Assembly: GCF_036321535.1 (NCBI RefSeq)
Contig: NC_087437.1
Coordinates: 79,486,001 to 79,550,000 of the forward strand
DNA length: 64,000 nt
Source of the DNA: Camelus dromedarius
Taxonomy: Eukaryota
Direction: 5' to 3'
The notes under the pieces were generated by a model. It was not told where the DNA came from. It did not search any database and was given only the letters and a program-made list of their open reading frames with translations. The position numbers were made by a program, and so were the translations under genes. The first letter of the stretch is position 1; the number at the start of each line of letters is the position of its first letter. This document shows positions 27,246 to 41,631 of this stretch, piece after piece.

Positions 27246-29002
27246 TCCTGAAATGATCTAATTGAACAATGACTTATGGCGATGTCCCAAGTTTTACTGG
27301 AAATAAATCATATGTGACTATGAAAAAAAAAATTCTGCAAACAATAGCTCCTGTGTCTATGGTTTTCCATGTAGGCTCTGTGTGGGTTCCCAGCCCACCA
27401 ACCTGTAAGTGGTGTTCTTGGATGCTACACCCCATCTCCCTGGCCTAAGTTCTCTTATTATAGTCTCAAGACTACAGGCTCTGACGTCGATACTTTCTTT
27501 GAACAACACCCAGTCGATTCCCATGTTTCCTCTCTTTTTTCTGCAATTCAGGATCACTCAGCTGCTTCTCTAAAAATCGTCTGTGATGCTTATTCACTGC
27601 ACTGCCATGCCTAAGTTCACATCCACCTTCTGAAACCTCTAAGCTTCTGAAATTCTAGAAAAGTGATTGTGCATGTCTTGTATATTTATGATACAATATT
27701 GTAGCACAGTTTCAAAAGCTTTTAATTTACTCAGTAATTATTTGAAGGCTCTGTTGCTCTTGCTGCAATTTCTCAAAAATACATTTGTCTTTACAGCATA
27801 TTCCTCATAGCCTATAAATCCCAATCTTCACATATTTCATTGTTTGGCCTACGTTTGGTCATTCTGTATTTCTAGGAAGAGGTCTCTGTCTGTCCGTCTG
27901 TCTCTTTTTGCTGATAGTTCTACCTTGAAGACTCCACACTCTCTCGCCTACTGTTTCTTTCCTATTAGCTGTCATTATGACTAAATTTATTCAGGATAAT
28001 ACAAATTTTCCCCTGAAATATGTTCTGAAATTGAAGGAAAAAGCCTAGCTCCCAAACAAAAACCTCTGAAATAACACAAGCACTCTGTCTTTGTGCTGCT
28101 CATTTGTTTCCAAGCTTTATTTACATTCTCCAGAAACCATGCACAATTTTGCTTCGTATTAGACAAACTCTCCATGGATTTACTAAACATATGCTTTGAT
28201 CCAAGCATGATATTATAAAAAATATTTAACAACCAATATGGCACAGGTACTGGCTAATCCAGGAAAACTGCAGCTAAAGCCTAGAGCAGAGTCCTGCAGG
28301 CCACCTGCTGTGACAGCCACCAATGCTTCAGCAGCAGTTTTGTTTGAAACAGGGAACAGAAGGATCTTGTGGTCCGAGGAGGGACTGGCTGCTGCCAGGA
28401 GTGGTTATTTGAAAACACGATCAGAAGTCTTTCACTATTGTAACCACTAAAGCCACGCCAACCAATTCTGGCTAAGTATTAGCCTTGCCTTTAACCCTTG
28501 GCTGCTTACTTTCTCCCAGTAAAAAATTTGGAATGATCCTTTCAATATCGTCTAAACTCCTCTAATGGTAAAATTCACTCAGACCTCATGTTAGCATTTA
28601 CACATGGGAGTCACACTCCTTCCCCTCTAAATCAGAATCTCCAGTGAAAGGGTCTAGGCAGTTAAATCTCCCATAATCACAGCAAGTGACACATCTCATT
28701 AGATAATTTCAGGAAACAGTGGCTTACTTTAAGTGATCCTCAGCACAACTTGATAACTTGGACAGTGCAAACCTTATGAGGTCTATTTGCAGAATAGAAA
28801 ATGAATCACATCAAGGTTTCGTAACTTCCTCGATATTAGGAATCAGGTCTTCTTTTTCTAATTTTAATAGCCTCTGAATAATTGGATTGGATTATTTTCC
28901 TGCACTAAGAAGTTTTAAAAAATGGTACCATTTCTCTTCAAATTTTATTTTTCTATGTGTTTTCTCCACATCATTGTTTATTTTAGAAGATAATCTATTC
29001 AA

Positions 29003-29460
29003 TTACTCAGTCATAAAGAATGAAATAATTCCATTTGCAGCAACATGGATGGACCTAGAGATTATTATATTAAGTAAGTCAGACAGAGAAAGACAAATAT
29101 CTTATGATATCACTTACATGTGGAACCTAAAAAAAATCATACAAATTTTATTTACAAACAAAAAATAGACTCACAGACATAGAAAACAAACTATGGTTAC
29201 CAAAAGGTAAAGGGTGGGGGAGGGATAAATTAGGATTTTGGGATTAACAGATACGCATTACACTATATAAAGTATATAAACAGTAAGGACCTACTGCATA
29301 GCACAGAACTATATTCAATTCCTTAGAATAACATAATGGAAGAAATCTGAAAAGAAAAAATGTATCTGTATGCATATGCATAACTGAATTGCTTTGCTGT
29401 ACACCTGAAACTAACATGGTAAATCAACTACACTTCAATAAAAAATAAAATTTTAAAAAG
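29003..29460 (+). mobile_element. 5'-truncated L1 (L1_Art-like) with an 18-bp TSD
   Basis: ORF2 C-terminal PFAATWMDLEIIILS plus 3' UTR. Flanked by agaagataatctattcaa (28985-29002) and agaagataacctattcaa (29461-29478), one mismatch. Confidence 0.9.
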
Positions 29461-29944
29461 AGAAGATAACCTATTCAAAAACCATTTAGTATTATCTGCA
29501 GCTATCTTCTTCGTAAATTCAAACTCATATATTAGCTTCATTAGCAAAATACTAGGAGCATGATTTCAAACATAAAATGTTGTCCTAATGAAAGTTTCCT
29601 GTGTCAGTGAAAACTAATACGAAATAGAGGAAATTTAATTTCCCTAAAATGCATGTGAATGAATTTAAAAGTAAAATGGAAACAACACTGGAAAATAACA
29701 GCTGTTCACCCATCTCTCTTTGCATCACCTGTTTCTGCTGCACAATACTGGTTTTTCTGGTTTACCTTTTGGAGATAATTATGGAGAATTTTTCAGCCTC
29801 TTTGTAAATGATTTTTTTCCTCTGAGGATATAATATACTGTTTTCTTCCAATAGAAGGCCAGTGTGTGTTAAAATATATATAATGGATAATGGACAATAT
29901 TGACTGACAAAGAATGAGTGACTGAAAATGTGCAAAATATGCAA

Positions 29945-30005
29945 TCTGAAGGTTATGGCATGTCACTCATTGAAAATTCTGAAGGTGGTGACATGTCACT
30001 CATTT
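29945..30005 (+). repeat. Local ~33-bp tandem duplication
   Basis: tctgaaggttatggcatgtcactcatt at 29945 and tctgaaggtggtgacatgtcactcatt at 29978. Confidence 0.75.
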
Positions 30006-32353
30006 GTAAGCCATCTGCCTAGAGAATTCAATCCAAATGGCTTTGCCAAAAAAAAAAAAAAATTGTCAGTCCCATCAATAATCAACTGGAAAACAAGCAT
30101 TACATTAGACTGAGGTGAATTTCAGGTGGAAAATGTGCTTGTCTTAGTATTCACTAGAATTTCTATGTAGAACTGGATATATCAATGTGACTGCCAAGCT
30201 TAAATTCCTGGAAATTGGAAATCCAGCCTCGGATAGATGACTGTCTCAATCAGGGGATTTAGAACTGGGCCAAATAATACTAGGCTGATCCTGAGGACCT
30301 CATTCCTGGCTTAGACGTGGCAGGCATTTGAGTGACTAAATAGAATGGGCAATTTGCTGAATGTGTTAGGGATTGTCAGGAGATACATGTGTACATGGTC
30401 ATAATGCTAGAACAATTGAGAACTTTTACTTGTTTTTTTTATTCCTGTGGATATTCTGTACAGTTTTCCTCAAAGTGAGTTCTTTGAACCATATGTCAGA
30501 ATGACTAGACTGCTTCTCATAAAGGCATATTCCTGAGCCCTATGAACAAAATTAACTAGCAGGTATCTCTGTAGTCATTGATAAGCACTCCACAAGCTTC
30601 AAACGCACAGTGAGGTTTTTTTGCACCACTGCTCTAACCTTACTTAATCAGATGCTGTTCTTAGGACCATGTGCTAAAAATTTATAGACAGAACTCGGTG
30701 TTTCTACCAATCTGTAGCTTTATCATGTGATTTGAACAGTACTAGAATTTCTCCCTGTACGACAGGACGGGACTACTATAAATCTCCTGCAAAACCTGAA
30801 ACTTCATGCCCTCAGATTAAATCAAGCCATCTTTATACGTCCTCTTCTACTAAGCCTTCTGTTAAGAGTAAGTCAATATCAATAATAGTGATAAAAATAA
30901 TTTTAACCTCTTTTTTAAAATCTTCTATCAGAAATCTTCACCCCATAAGTAACTGAGAACAAGAAATCAAGAATGATGATAAAAAAGTTATATCTTTCTG
31001 CCCCTGCTGTACTTGCATTTTATCTTTTATTGTAATCAGCTATGTTCACATGTAGATCACACCTGGTTGCTAATAAATTCTTGAAGGACAGGGACTGCTT
31101 CCTTCATCATTCTATCTCCAGGGACTCCAGAGCTTGCTATAATGTTTGACACATGTTGATTTATTGTCTGAATAATAATGCTATTATAAAGAAATTAAGG
31201 AAAAATCATGGGCTAGTATTTGGGAAAGGCTGAAGTACTAGGATACGAGGGTGGTCCACCTCAGAGGAGAAACAGGGAAATTCAAGGTAGGATGAAAATG
31301 AGGGAAAATAAAAGGAGGAAAGGATGCATTTAGATTTTTTTTAAACTTCGTCAGAAGTTAATACTTCATTCAAAAATATGTTTTTCCTCTGAACTTCATT
31401 ATTTTAATATATAAAACATGTGTATATATCTAAATAAAGATACATGTGTTACTGATAACTACAAGAGTCTCCTCTACGTCAAATTTAATTAGTAATTGTT
31501 TTGCCCAGTGAAGGCTTTTTCAATCATGCATATATTTTTAAACAAAATTAAGCATTTATGCTATAGTCATTCAACAGTTCCTTGTTTGCGAAACAAATAC
31601 AGAAAATTTTGTAAATAGGTTACATTGCAGAAGGTCACAAAATATCTTTGATTAATAATTGACTAAGAATAGGAATCATAAAATAAGTTGTAGTCTAAGA
31701 TCAACTACTTACTTATAAGAGTCTATATTGGTGAACAATTTTATTGGCTGTAAAATGATCATGGACATACTAGTTACCTAACTGAACCCACAGACTTACC
31801 GTGAAGTTGGACAGAGGCAATGAACGTAAAAACATTTTGTAAAGACTAATGCATATATATGTGTTATAATCAATATCATGTATTAAAATGACATCCTTAA
31901 GGCTTCCTTTGGGTTCTTGAGAAAAGTCCTTGAGTAGCACCAGAATTTGACACTCAGGCTTTTGTATTCAGCTATTTATACAAGGTTCTGTCTTCTAAGC
32001 AGTGATATTAGTGTTGAGAACAAATGACATAAGACCTGAACAGTTAAAAGGATCAGACACTGAGCTTTAGAATTTTTTGGTGAAGCATATCTGAAGTTTT
32101 TTGCAATTGGCTTTGTCCCAATCCTGTTGTTAAACCTCTGGAAAAATTTACTGATTTATCTTTTGATTAAGTTCAAATCACTTAATTTGTGAGCAGAAGG
32201 GAGACAGCAAGATTTGAATTCTCCCAAATTCAAATGTTTTCATAAAGTCTTGAAATTCTGATTCTGGTAACAGAAGCATATTCTTTCTCTGCTTTGGTTG
32301 ATATTGTAAGACCATGACTGCTATTACTAAAATTTTTACATACTTATTGGTCA

Positions 32354-33316
32354 TGGTGGTAGGCTGAAAAATACCTCCTCAGAGGATGAAGAGATGCCCA
32401 CGCTCTAATTCCCCAAACTCATTAATGTGTTGTCTTACAGTGCAAAAGGGACTCTGCAGATCTGATTAATTTAAAATTTTGAGATGGAGAGATTATGCTG
32501 GATTAGCCAAGTAGGACCAATGCAATTAAAAGGTCCTTAAAGATGGTGGTAAGAAAGTCAGGATTAGAGGAGGAAACCACACAGAAACAAAGGTTGTTTT
32601 TAGGAGTTTGGCTTTTCTAGATAAGACGTGTAAGTGATAAATTTATATTTCACTGTATAACATATCTTACTTAGCATAATATCCTCAAGGTCCATCATGT
32701 TGCTGTAAATAGCAGGATTTCTTTCTTTCTCATGGCTGAATTACATTCCATTGTATGTCTGTGTGTGTCTATGTGTATCTATCATATCTTTTTTTTATCA
32801 ATTCATCTATTGATAGGCACTTAATTTTTTCATATCTTGGCTGTTATGAATAAGGCTGCAATGAACATGGGTGTGTAGATATCTTTTTGAAATACTGATT
32901 TTTAATTCCTTCAGGTATATATCCAGGAGTGGGATTGCTGCTAATACTACAGTGGTAATCATATTGCAATATATAAGTGTATTAAACCAACACACTGTAT
33001 ACCTTAAACTGATGGAACAGTAGATGTCAGTTACATCTCAAAATACTAAAAAACAAAAAAACAAAAAACTGAGCAGGGATTGAACTCATTCCATTGCTCA
33101 CTGGGAGGACACAAGCCAAGGAATGTGAGCAGCCTCTGGAAACTCCACAAGGGACGGAGACAGATTCCCCCCTAGAGCTTTCAGAAAGAAAGCAGACTGG
33201 TTAACACCTTAATTTTATGGCTTCTGACTCCCAGAACTGTAAGATAGTAAGTTTGGGTTGCACTAAGTCACTAAATTTGTGGTTATTTATTATAGCAATG
33301 ATAGAAAACTAATATA
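32354..33316 (+). mobile_element. MaLR LTR (MLT1D-like) split by an L1 insertion
   Basis: Left part 32354-32596 (ggtaggctgaa...aaaagggactctgcagat...ttgagatggagagattat). Right part about 33069-33316 (caagccaaggaatg...ccctagagc...gaaaactaata). Confidence 0.75.
32597..33068. mobile_element. Old L1 (L1MA-like) with a 5' inversion
   Basis: 32597-32940 is antisense L1 3' region (cttagcataatatcctcaaggtccatc...gtgggattgctg). 32941-33068 is the sense L1 extreme 3' end with an A tail. Confidence 0.75.
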
Positions 33317-33354
33317 GCTCAAAAACAACCATAATCACTGTTTTCATTAAAGAG

Positions 33355-33560
33355 AAAAAATGGTTAAGATTTTAAATCTATGGAGCCAGAATGCCTACAC
33401 TGAAATCCTCTTTCCATCTCTTACTAGATGAGTTACTTTGGCAAGTGTTTGCCCGCCTGTGCAGTGGGGATAAGAGTACTTTACAGGGTTTTTGAGAAGA
33501 TTAAAGGAGTTAACAAATTTGAAGCTACCAGAACATTGTGTGACACATGGCCATTTTCAT
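33355..33560. mobile_element. MIR SINE remnant
   Basis: tggttaag...tggagccagaatgcc...tgaaatcct...cttactagatgagttactttggcaagt...gagaagattaaaggagttaa. Confidence 0.65.
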
Positions 33561-35519
33561 AAGATCTAAATCATCTTTTTATTATTGTCATTATTAAAGT
33601 TGTGATTATCACTTGCTTATTCTTTAAATAAAAAATATCAGAGTTTTCACTCTCTAGGTGCCATTTGATGGTGAGGATATCAAAATGTGTTTTGTTAAAC
33701 CTCTGCTTTCAGGAAACCTATGATAATGAGGGAGAGATGGAGTATGTACCTGTGCAGTGCAGGATGGAAAACTGTGAATGTCTTAGATGTTTTTCTTCCT
33801 TCCCACTATTCTGCTTCTGAGTCTAGCAAGTTTGATGGATGGTGTATTATGCATCTGCCCTTGACTGTGGAAGTATCTCAATTGTAGTACACTTTTGACC
33901 CAATTATGTAGGTAAAATTTCTTTTAATTGGAAAAATAAATAAATAATTTGGGGAAGAAATAAGAAGTATTTGACTAGGCTATGTGTTGAATTGCTGCCC
34001 ATATATTATCACCCCTAGATGATAAGTTATAACCTGTAATTATCACAGAGCTCATCCACTGCCACACAACTATCACGTACGGAAAGCATCTCAGTTTTAG
34101 TGCTCAGTTAAAAACAAAAACAAAACAACCAACAACAATAATAAAAACTATATTTTATATCTGGTGGTAAACCACCTCTTCTGATAACAGCTCTCATATT
34201 TTTTTTAGAATTATAAAATGACAGCTCAGAATGGTAGATAAAGCCTCAGACAAGAAACAAGAAAATAATAACAATTTCTGAGTCCATGTAGCAATTTTCC
34301 TCTAAAATTAACCTTCACAATCCCATGATGGATTGAACAGGTACCATTTTCAGATGTCATCTATAAGAGGAAGAACACTCAAAGATGTGAGGTCCACAAA
34401 AAACCCACAAGGGTATAAACATCATCACCACCGCAAAACGTACTGAGCAAGTGTTTTTGTGCTGTCGTTCTGATTTGTTTTGCATGCAGTGTTGTACTGC
34501 CAGTGGTACCACCCCCCACCCCATCCAGAAAACAAACAAAATAGCGTCTGGCTTCAAAACAGGACTCAATCTGTACATATGTGTTTGAACAGCTAAAATA
34601 TGGCGTGCCAGCCACTCTCACGTTGGTCTTCATTAGCTGCCACTCTCCAGTTTAGGAAGGTCACACATACAGCATAGTTACACGGATTAGCTTAGTATTT
34701 GCTCTATTTCTCTGGAGACATGGCCTGAATCAATCTGTGTTTAACACTATGATTCTGTTTGAAGTTAACGGAAGAGCATGAATTAGAAACAATCAAACGA
34801 GCCAAAGTATTAAGATCACTGTATAGATGGGAAAGACCCAAGGGAATTCTAGTAATTTTAACTTGTGTCTTTAGCTATAAAGTTCAAAGAAAAATGTTCA
34901 CATAAATTTCTATACTTACTCTTCCTAGAATTACTCTCAATTTGTAAAGATGCATATGTTGTTGTTTATTTAAAAGATAAAATCATGTCACTACAATGCA
35001 TAATGTCTGAGAATATTTGACTTTGCATCATAGGCTCTATTAAATATCATCTGAATATTTCAGACCAAAAACTATTTAAAGAAGCCAGTATTAGCAACAA
35101 AAAAGCAACATTCCTCATAGTAGCATAATTTGTGACCAATTTATCTATTTTAAGGAATACATTGTATTATGACCTTCATTAAACTTCCAGACCTTGGCAA
35201 TGTTTTGCCAGGCAATGATAAATTTATCCTTATAAAATATACCACTTTTGTTTTGTTGGATAAATACTGGAGAATGAAATCTTTGCCGAAAAATTTAAAC
35301 ATTCTTCCTGAGGAGTTATGTGGCACAAAGCTATATACCAAATCAAGGCTGAATAGGGTGGGATTCCTCCAGAGTGAGGTATTTTGATATAGATTTGGGG
35401 AGCATGTTTTGACAACTCAGTGATATACTTTGACAGAGAGTAGATAGCAGATAACACACTGCCTCTCAATGTTATAGTACTTCCAAGTTAAAACAATATA
35501 GACACATGCTAGGATCTTA

Positions 35520-35930
35520 CAATATTGGTGTTCTTTTGTTGCAAATCACAGAAACTGGCTACAGCTTATCTAAATCAAGAAAAGTATTTTAAAAGTGTTT
35601 TTGAAAAATACAAAATTGGTGGTAAGATGGGAGGTCGAGGCTTGAAATCAAACAGGAAATTCTGGAGGGTAATGGCACTGGTCTTCTGACAGGTGACATG
35701 CAGTCTGACAGCCTCTTCTAGAATTAAGTGGAATTAAGTGTGTTTGCATCTTTTTGTGGTGGCATGCTCAAGTTTGTGATTCTAATTGACTTTGGTTGGA
35801 TCAAGAGTCTGAACACTGCGAAGGGCAAAACAGTGCACATAGGAACCCCAACACACTATACAGAATAGGAAGAAGAAACTTGGTTGTAATCAAAAAGAAG
35901 ATATGGCTGCCTGATACCCCCAACGCCACC
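35520..35930. mobile_element. Ancient MaLR LTR remnant (MLT1J/K-like)
   Basis: ttttgttgcaaatcacagaaactggct..agctta..aaa start motif; highly diverged. Confidence 0.4.
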
Positions 35931-37036
35931 AAATCCAATGTATGCTGTAGATTTATTCTCATATTTTGACAACTTAAAAATATTACAGCTAAGAATTAGG
36001 AAAATCACATATTCAAAGCTTCATCAATGACAGTGACAGGAAATGGACTAGGGGATGTAGAGGTGGAGGTGAGGATAAAAGGAGCATTTTTAAAGGATAC
36101 ATTTATCTGTAAAGATATAATTTTAAAGAGTTCTCTTCAGGCTGGATTGATAATTAATTCTGAATATTTTTATCAAGCAAGAAACTGGAAATAAATCAAG
36201 CCTCGTATATTATACCCCAGACACCTGCCATCTTCAGTTGTGATAGATGTAGACTAAATTGTTTGAAATTTTATTTAAATGCAGTTTAATATAGAATTTA
36301 AATGATACAAAATAGAAGAATAGCTCTAATTGCATAATGCATTATCTTAGCAAATAAATAATATATGATCTACTGAATGTGTAAATGACACCGACAGAAC
36401 TTTGGTAAATTTACTTGTGTTTCTCTCACCCATTAGCAATTCTATAATCACTTAAAGTCTTACTCTTCATGAAGTGAAATTATTTTAAACTTTTCATATG
36501 CTGACAAACAGAAACCTTTTTATTCTCCATTTACAAAATGACATCTGCTCTGTTTCCATTTTACTTTTTCAAAATGAGTTCACTTTAGTGTTTTATTTCT
36601 TATTTTGTCAAATAGCTTTGCCAAAGATGGTGCAAATCTAGTCCCTGTAGACCAGAAATTACAGAAATGTAGACATAACACTTTACATATGGCAGTTATG
36701 TGCTTAACATTTTATATTAGGTATTTTAGACATCTAGATTTCCCTTTCTCTATTTTTAACTCAATCAAATGCCAAGAAAATTTTAAACAATAAAAACCAA
36801 GCCATTTTGCAAGCAGGATATTGACTACTGTTTTAAATAACAGTAATACTATAGTATTAATAATATAAATAGGTCCTCACGTCTGATCATCTAAATACAG
36901 ACAGTCTGTAGCTCTTTCTTTTCAATGACAAGAGAAGTAACACTGATCAGAGCCATGCTGCTGTTGTCACCCGATCACTTCCTGATTCTCTCCTTCACAT
37001 TATCTCCTCTCTCCCTGCTGACACGCATCATGGCCT

Positions 37037-37089
37037 CACACACACGCCGGTACACACGTGTGCACACACATACACACACACACACACAA
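37037..37089 (+). repeat. Imperfect (CA)n microsatellite
   Basis: Directly visible CA runs. Confidence 0.85.
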
Positions 37090-39864
37090 CTGGGGTGTGG
37101 GGCTTAATGCTGTGGATTCTGATGTCAGTCTTCCCGGGGTTTCCTAAGATCTGTCACTTACTAAGTATGCAAATTCAGGTACCTTACCTTCTCTAAGCCT
37201 CTGTCTTCATCTGACCAAGACAGGCACCACGCACACTCTCAGGGAGTGTAAAAGGTTCTTGGTGCAATTATTGCTATTGTTGGCAGAGTGCTTATGGGAG
37301 AAACAGCAGCTGTGATATCTGTAAGTTTTATTGGTTTAGCCTCTGTATTCAGAAACTTTATTCTCGATCATAATCAAATAGAAACACCTTATTAGAAGAT
37401 CATTCTTAAAACATAGCACATATAATAAAGGATAATTATGAAGCTTAGAATGAATCATAACTCTGATATAAATTCTGAGATAATTCTGCCATTAGAGACA
37501 CATATTTCTTTTTTCATTTTAATCTTGTCTTACTTGTTCAGTTACTACAGAAATCAGAATATGAGAAGGGACTCACCAGTGCTGACTACTGATGAATTTT
37601 AACAATTAGGGTTGGATGAAATCAGAGTCCAAAACACATCATTATATTATTATGATATATTATTTTCATTTATTTGGACATTATCTACTACTATAATTAA
37701 TTTGGCTCAGGAATGAATTTTCTTAATGTTTTAATCAGTAGGGTCCCAGAAAGGCAGGATGCTGCATTAAGACATCATGCAGTTTTGAGGTGTGATTCTG
37801 CTGCCAACTTCTCCCCATTTCTTTGCTAAAATGCCTGATGTCTGAGTACACGTCTGACATCATAAGAATCAGGATTTAAATAACAGATCTCAGTCTCTTC
37901 TGGCTTAAAGACTATTCCTTGCAGAAGCTGAGACTTCTCTAAGCCTATCTGAGCTAAAGATACAAACAAATCTTCTCTGTTCTGGTCTCAGTCATTCAGG
38001 TCTAAGCCGCAGGCTAAATCACTTATAATTCAGAAATCTCACTCTTCTTGATGAAAATGAAAAATAATCTTGAACAAGAGTAGTATAGAGGAGAAAACAC
38101 TTAATGAGAAATCAGGAAGTCTGGTTTAGCCCTGAACCATCTTCAATCTATTTTGGTAACCTTGGTAACCTTGGCAAATAAAACAATCTTTATGTAAAGT
38201 TAGAAAGTTCAGTTCAACTATTCTAAGCATCACTCCAATGCTAATGTCCTTTGAGGGGGAAAAATCCATAACCATATATTATTTTAATCTAATTGATATT
38301 TTTCCTAACACAAACTTACACACACAGATACCATACACACTCTCCTACACATATTCATAGACACACACTTTTCCAGTTCCTCTCTTTCTTTCTCCCTCTC
38401 GTCCTTTTCCTTAGCCAAATATGGAAATCCAATATTCTAAATACTCTTATTCTTCTTAAGCAAAAGAGAAATCTCAAAGGATTTGTCAACAGATCAGAAG
38501 AATTCTGTGCAGGTGTATTTCCCTGGGGAAATATATATGCCAATGATAGAATTCTAGGTCTGACTTTTACATGGTGATAAAGTGCTTGTTTGTTTTTTGC
38601 TAGTAAAAGAAAAATGAAAGAGAAGTCATTTATCACCCAATGGAATAAAAAGTTCTCAGCAACTGCTTAAGTGAAATGCCTCCTCCTTATTTAAGACACT
38701 AGTCCCCTTAAACCCACATCTACTTTTATTATTGATTTTTATCTTCTTTGCCCTCAAGAAATAGCAAGAAACATGTTCAATTCTAGCCTGGGGGAAAATA
38801 GAAGAAAAAAACTTAACAGAGATCTATCCTACTCTGGTAGAAAAACTGACTTGATGACCTAATTGGCCCTTTGTATGACTGACAGTTAGAACACCTTGTG
38901 CTGGGTGGAAACCAAACTGAGCACCGTCATAGAGAAGAAAAAGCCACATCAAAACGTAAGTTAGATGTGTTTCTCTCAGTCTGAATTTGGCAGACTCTTA
39001 CTATAATTCTATCCACAAGAAGATAAAGAGAGAGTCAGAAGAGCCATCAGAAGAGGAAATAAAGTAAATTCTTACTGATCTTCAAAAGAAATAAATATTC
39101 TATTGGTCTGTCTCTTAGTTTCTATACTATGAGATATCTGCTACATGAGTAGAAGCTTTTCTGGGTTATTTTACCAAGCTATATTTTCATATTATTCAGA
39201 CACCCAGGATTGTGCTAACGATTCAGCAATGGCTTTTTAAGTTATGGAAGTTGGGTTAATTTGACTGCTCAAACCCTTCCCTCTAACTCTTCAACTGATG
39301 CATTATAGAATTGCCTGAAGTAGCAATTATGTTGTGTTGTCACCGGTACAAAATGATGTAACACCAGGAGAAATTCTTCCTGACCTGTAAAATCAAATCA
39401 GTGTCATAGACTTCCTACATGTACTCCGTAGAAACAAGGAAGCTGATCAAGGATGAATTTAAATAAATGATCATCTAAATGATTCCAGCTTTTCCAGCCA
39501 GAATAGTAAGAGGAGTGGAATTGGAGAATTATCTTGACCTATCTGCCATTTTTTCCTAGCCATCTCTTACCTTTCTAACAAACTCATAGCAGAAATATAT
39601 TGAACTGTGCATGCTAGAACATAAGTAGCCACTGTGACAAGGATAGCTAAAGGATGCTTACTTACATTCTTATTAGCTGAAATCCCAGATGTTGTATTGA
39701 AAATCCCAAACCCATACCCATACCCAAAAAGGTTGCAGCAGACTTTTATTGTGGATTATATGGTAAGGGTCTGAACCAGAGTTCCCTTTTTAAAAGATTT
39801 TCCTGGGTGCCACGGACTAAGAGAAGGTTGAGTATGCTGTCATTATTTCAAATTCATAAAAATA

Positions 39865-40065
39865 TTAATAAATAATAGTATTTTTGTACTTATTGCTCTA
39901 GATTTACAAATATTTCCTCATTTCATCCTCAAAATAACCTTTAGAGGAAGATACTACTAATATTCCCATTTTACAGGTGAGGAGACAGAGAGTTTTAAAA
40001 TTTGAGTTTACTCAATAAATAGTAGAGACAGCGTTTAAAGACCAGGTATTCTGCATCTAGAACCT
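39865..40065. mobile_element. MIR SINE remnant
   Basis: ctcatttcatcctcaaaataacc...tattcccattttacaggtgaggagacagag. Confidence 0.75.
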
Positions 40066-41631
40066 GTTTGTATCAAGAATCTATATCCAAAATGGCAAAA
40101 GAAGATTGTAATTTACACCATGGATTATACATTAATCCTCTAAATTGCTGGCTATTTTAACCAATATACTGCCATTTAAATTAAAGAAGGCTTTGGTATT
40201 TTAATTACAATTGCATTAATTACAGTTTCATTTCTGCAGATTACCACACTATTACAACTTATTTTTTCAAGTTTCTATTGGGATCGAAAGTCAGATTAAT
40301 CTGTATTTTGTTAATAAGAACAGGACTGTTACGATAAACCACAAAGAGCTGAAAGAGACTATCAAATAAAACAACAAGAAAACAAGCAGGAAAAAAAAAA
40401 ACCAACAACAAAAAAAGACCTACCTTTCCTGTGGTGGATGAGAATCAACAGGTGTAGAAAAGGGGCGGTCCAAGCATGCCAGTTTAGATACGGTCCATTT
40501 CCTGCCATGAGGGGGCTATAAGAAGAAACAGAAGAAACTCAGGTTAAAGCTAAACAGATTTCTATTTCCACCCCTCAAGAAGCCTTCTGCTATTATTTTG
40601 TTTCCTCTTAAATATTAGTAATACAGAATCATCTACACTGCGTTCTTCTCCTGGTAGGATAATGAAGAGATTGCTATATTAAAATGTTATTCCCTTAAGC
40701 AAGTAAAAACTGAGGCATCTTAGAAATGCTCAATTTTGACTTGATATCAAATCCATCATGTAGACATAGAAAAACATTCTTTAATAGAATTATCAAACTT
40801 CAGACATAATATCAGGAAACTCCGCAAGTTAAAGCATCAGTGACAAGCCCCTCAAAGTTTGTAACAAAAAGCTGTGAGATGCTAGACAAGAGAAAAAAAC
40901 TTAGTCATCTATGCTGTACATTGTCAAACACACAAGCTTCACTGACAAATGAACAACTACCTTGGGGGCTGCAACCCTATTTAAACAATACAGGCTGGAT
41001 GAGTTGCAAATTTGCACAACAATTTTGGATTGAACTGAAGAATAAATGAGTTCAAGCATATTAATTCAGTTTCTACCCATCAGAAACTCAAAATGTGTAC
41101 AATGTTTAAGGACTGAAATTTAAAAATATAAACTGAAGAAAAGGTTACCACAACTAGTATCAATTCATCAGCATTCAACTTTAGCAATCAACCTTACAAA
41201 TGAACTTAGAACATCAGTATGTGAGCTACACTCATATTTGGGTAGGAATGGTACTTACACACAAGATCTAATGAACCTGGAACACTTACTGAACACACAC
41301 AGTATACGTATGCAATATGTACCCTGTAAGACTGGAAAAGAACAAATGAAGATGGTCTCTTCGCTTAGGGAGCTTACAGCAAAATATATCCTCATAATAA
41401 AATATTGATGAAAATGATTCAAATTTTCTGAAAAAAATTCTTTGACAACCCTGCAAAACTTAAGGGGGGTTATTAAATAAGCCACTTCACTCTGTCTAAT
41501 TTGAGGTACTTCACTATAATGGATACCTTCAGCCTGTAGTTTCCCCAAGGTCAATGATCTTGTCCCTCACCTGCAACTAAATTCTCTGTCTCTAGAAAAG
41601 AGCTTGCCAAACACCAGAATATCAGATTCAT

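Noticed and set aside
28238..28450. 70-aa ATG ORF in a moderately GC-rich unique segment
   Set aside because: No recognisable homology or convincing splice context; length is within chance expectation.
34357..34633. Overlapping 73-aa and 84-aa minus-strand ORFs
   Set aside because: No protein family match recognised; the region was considered as a non-coding candidate instead.
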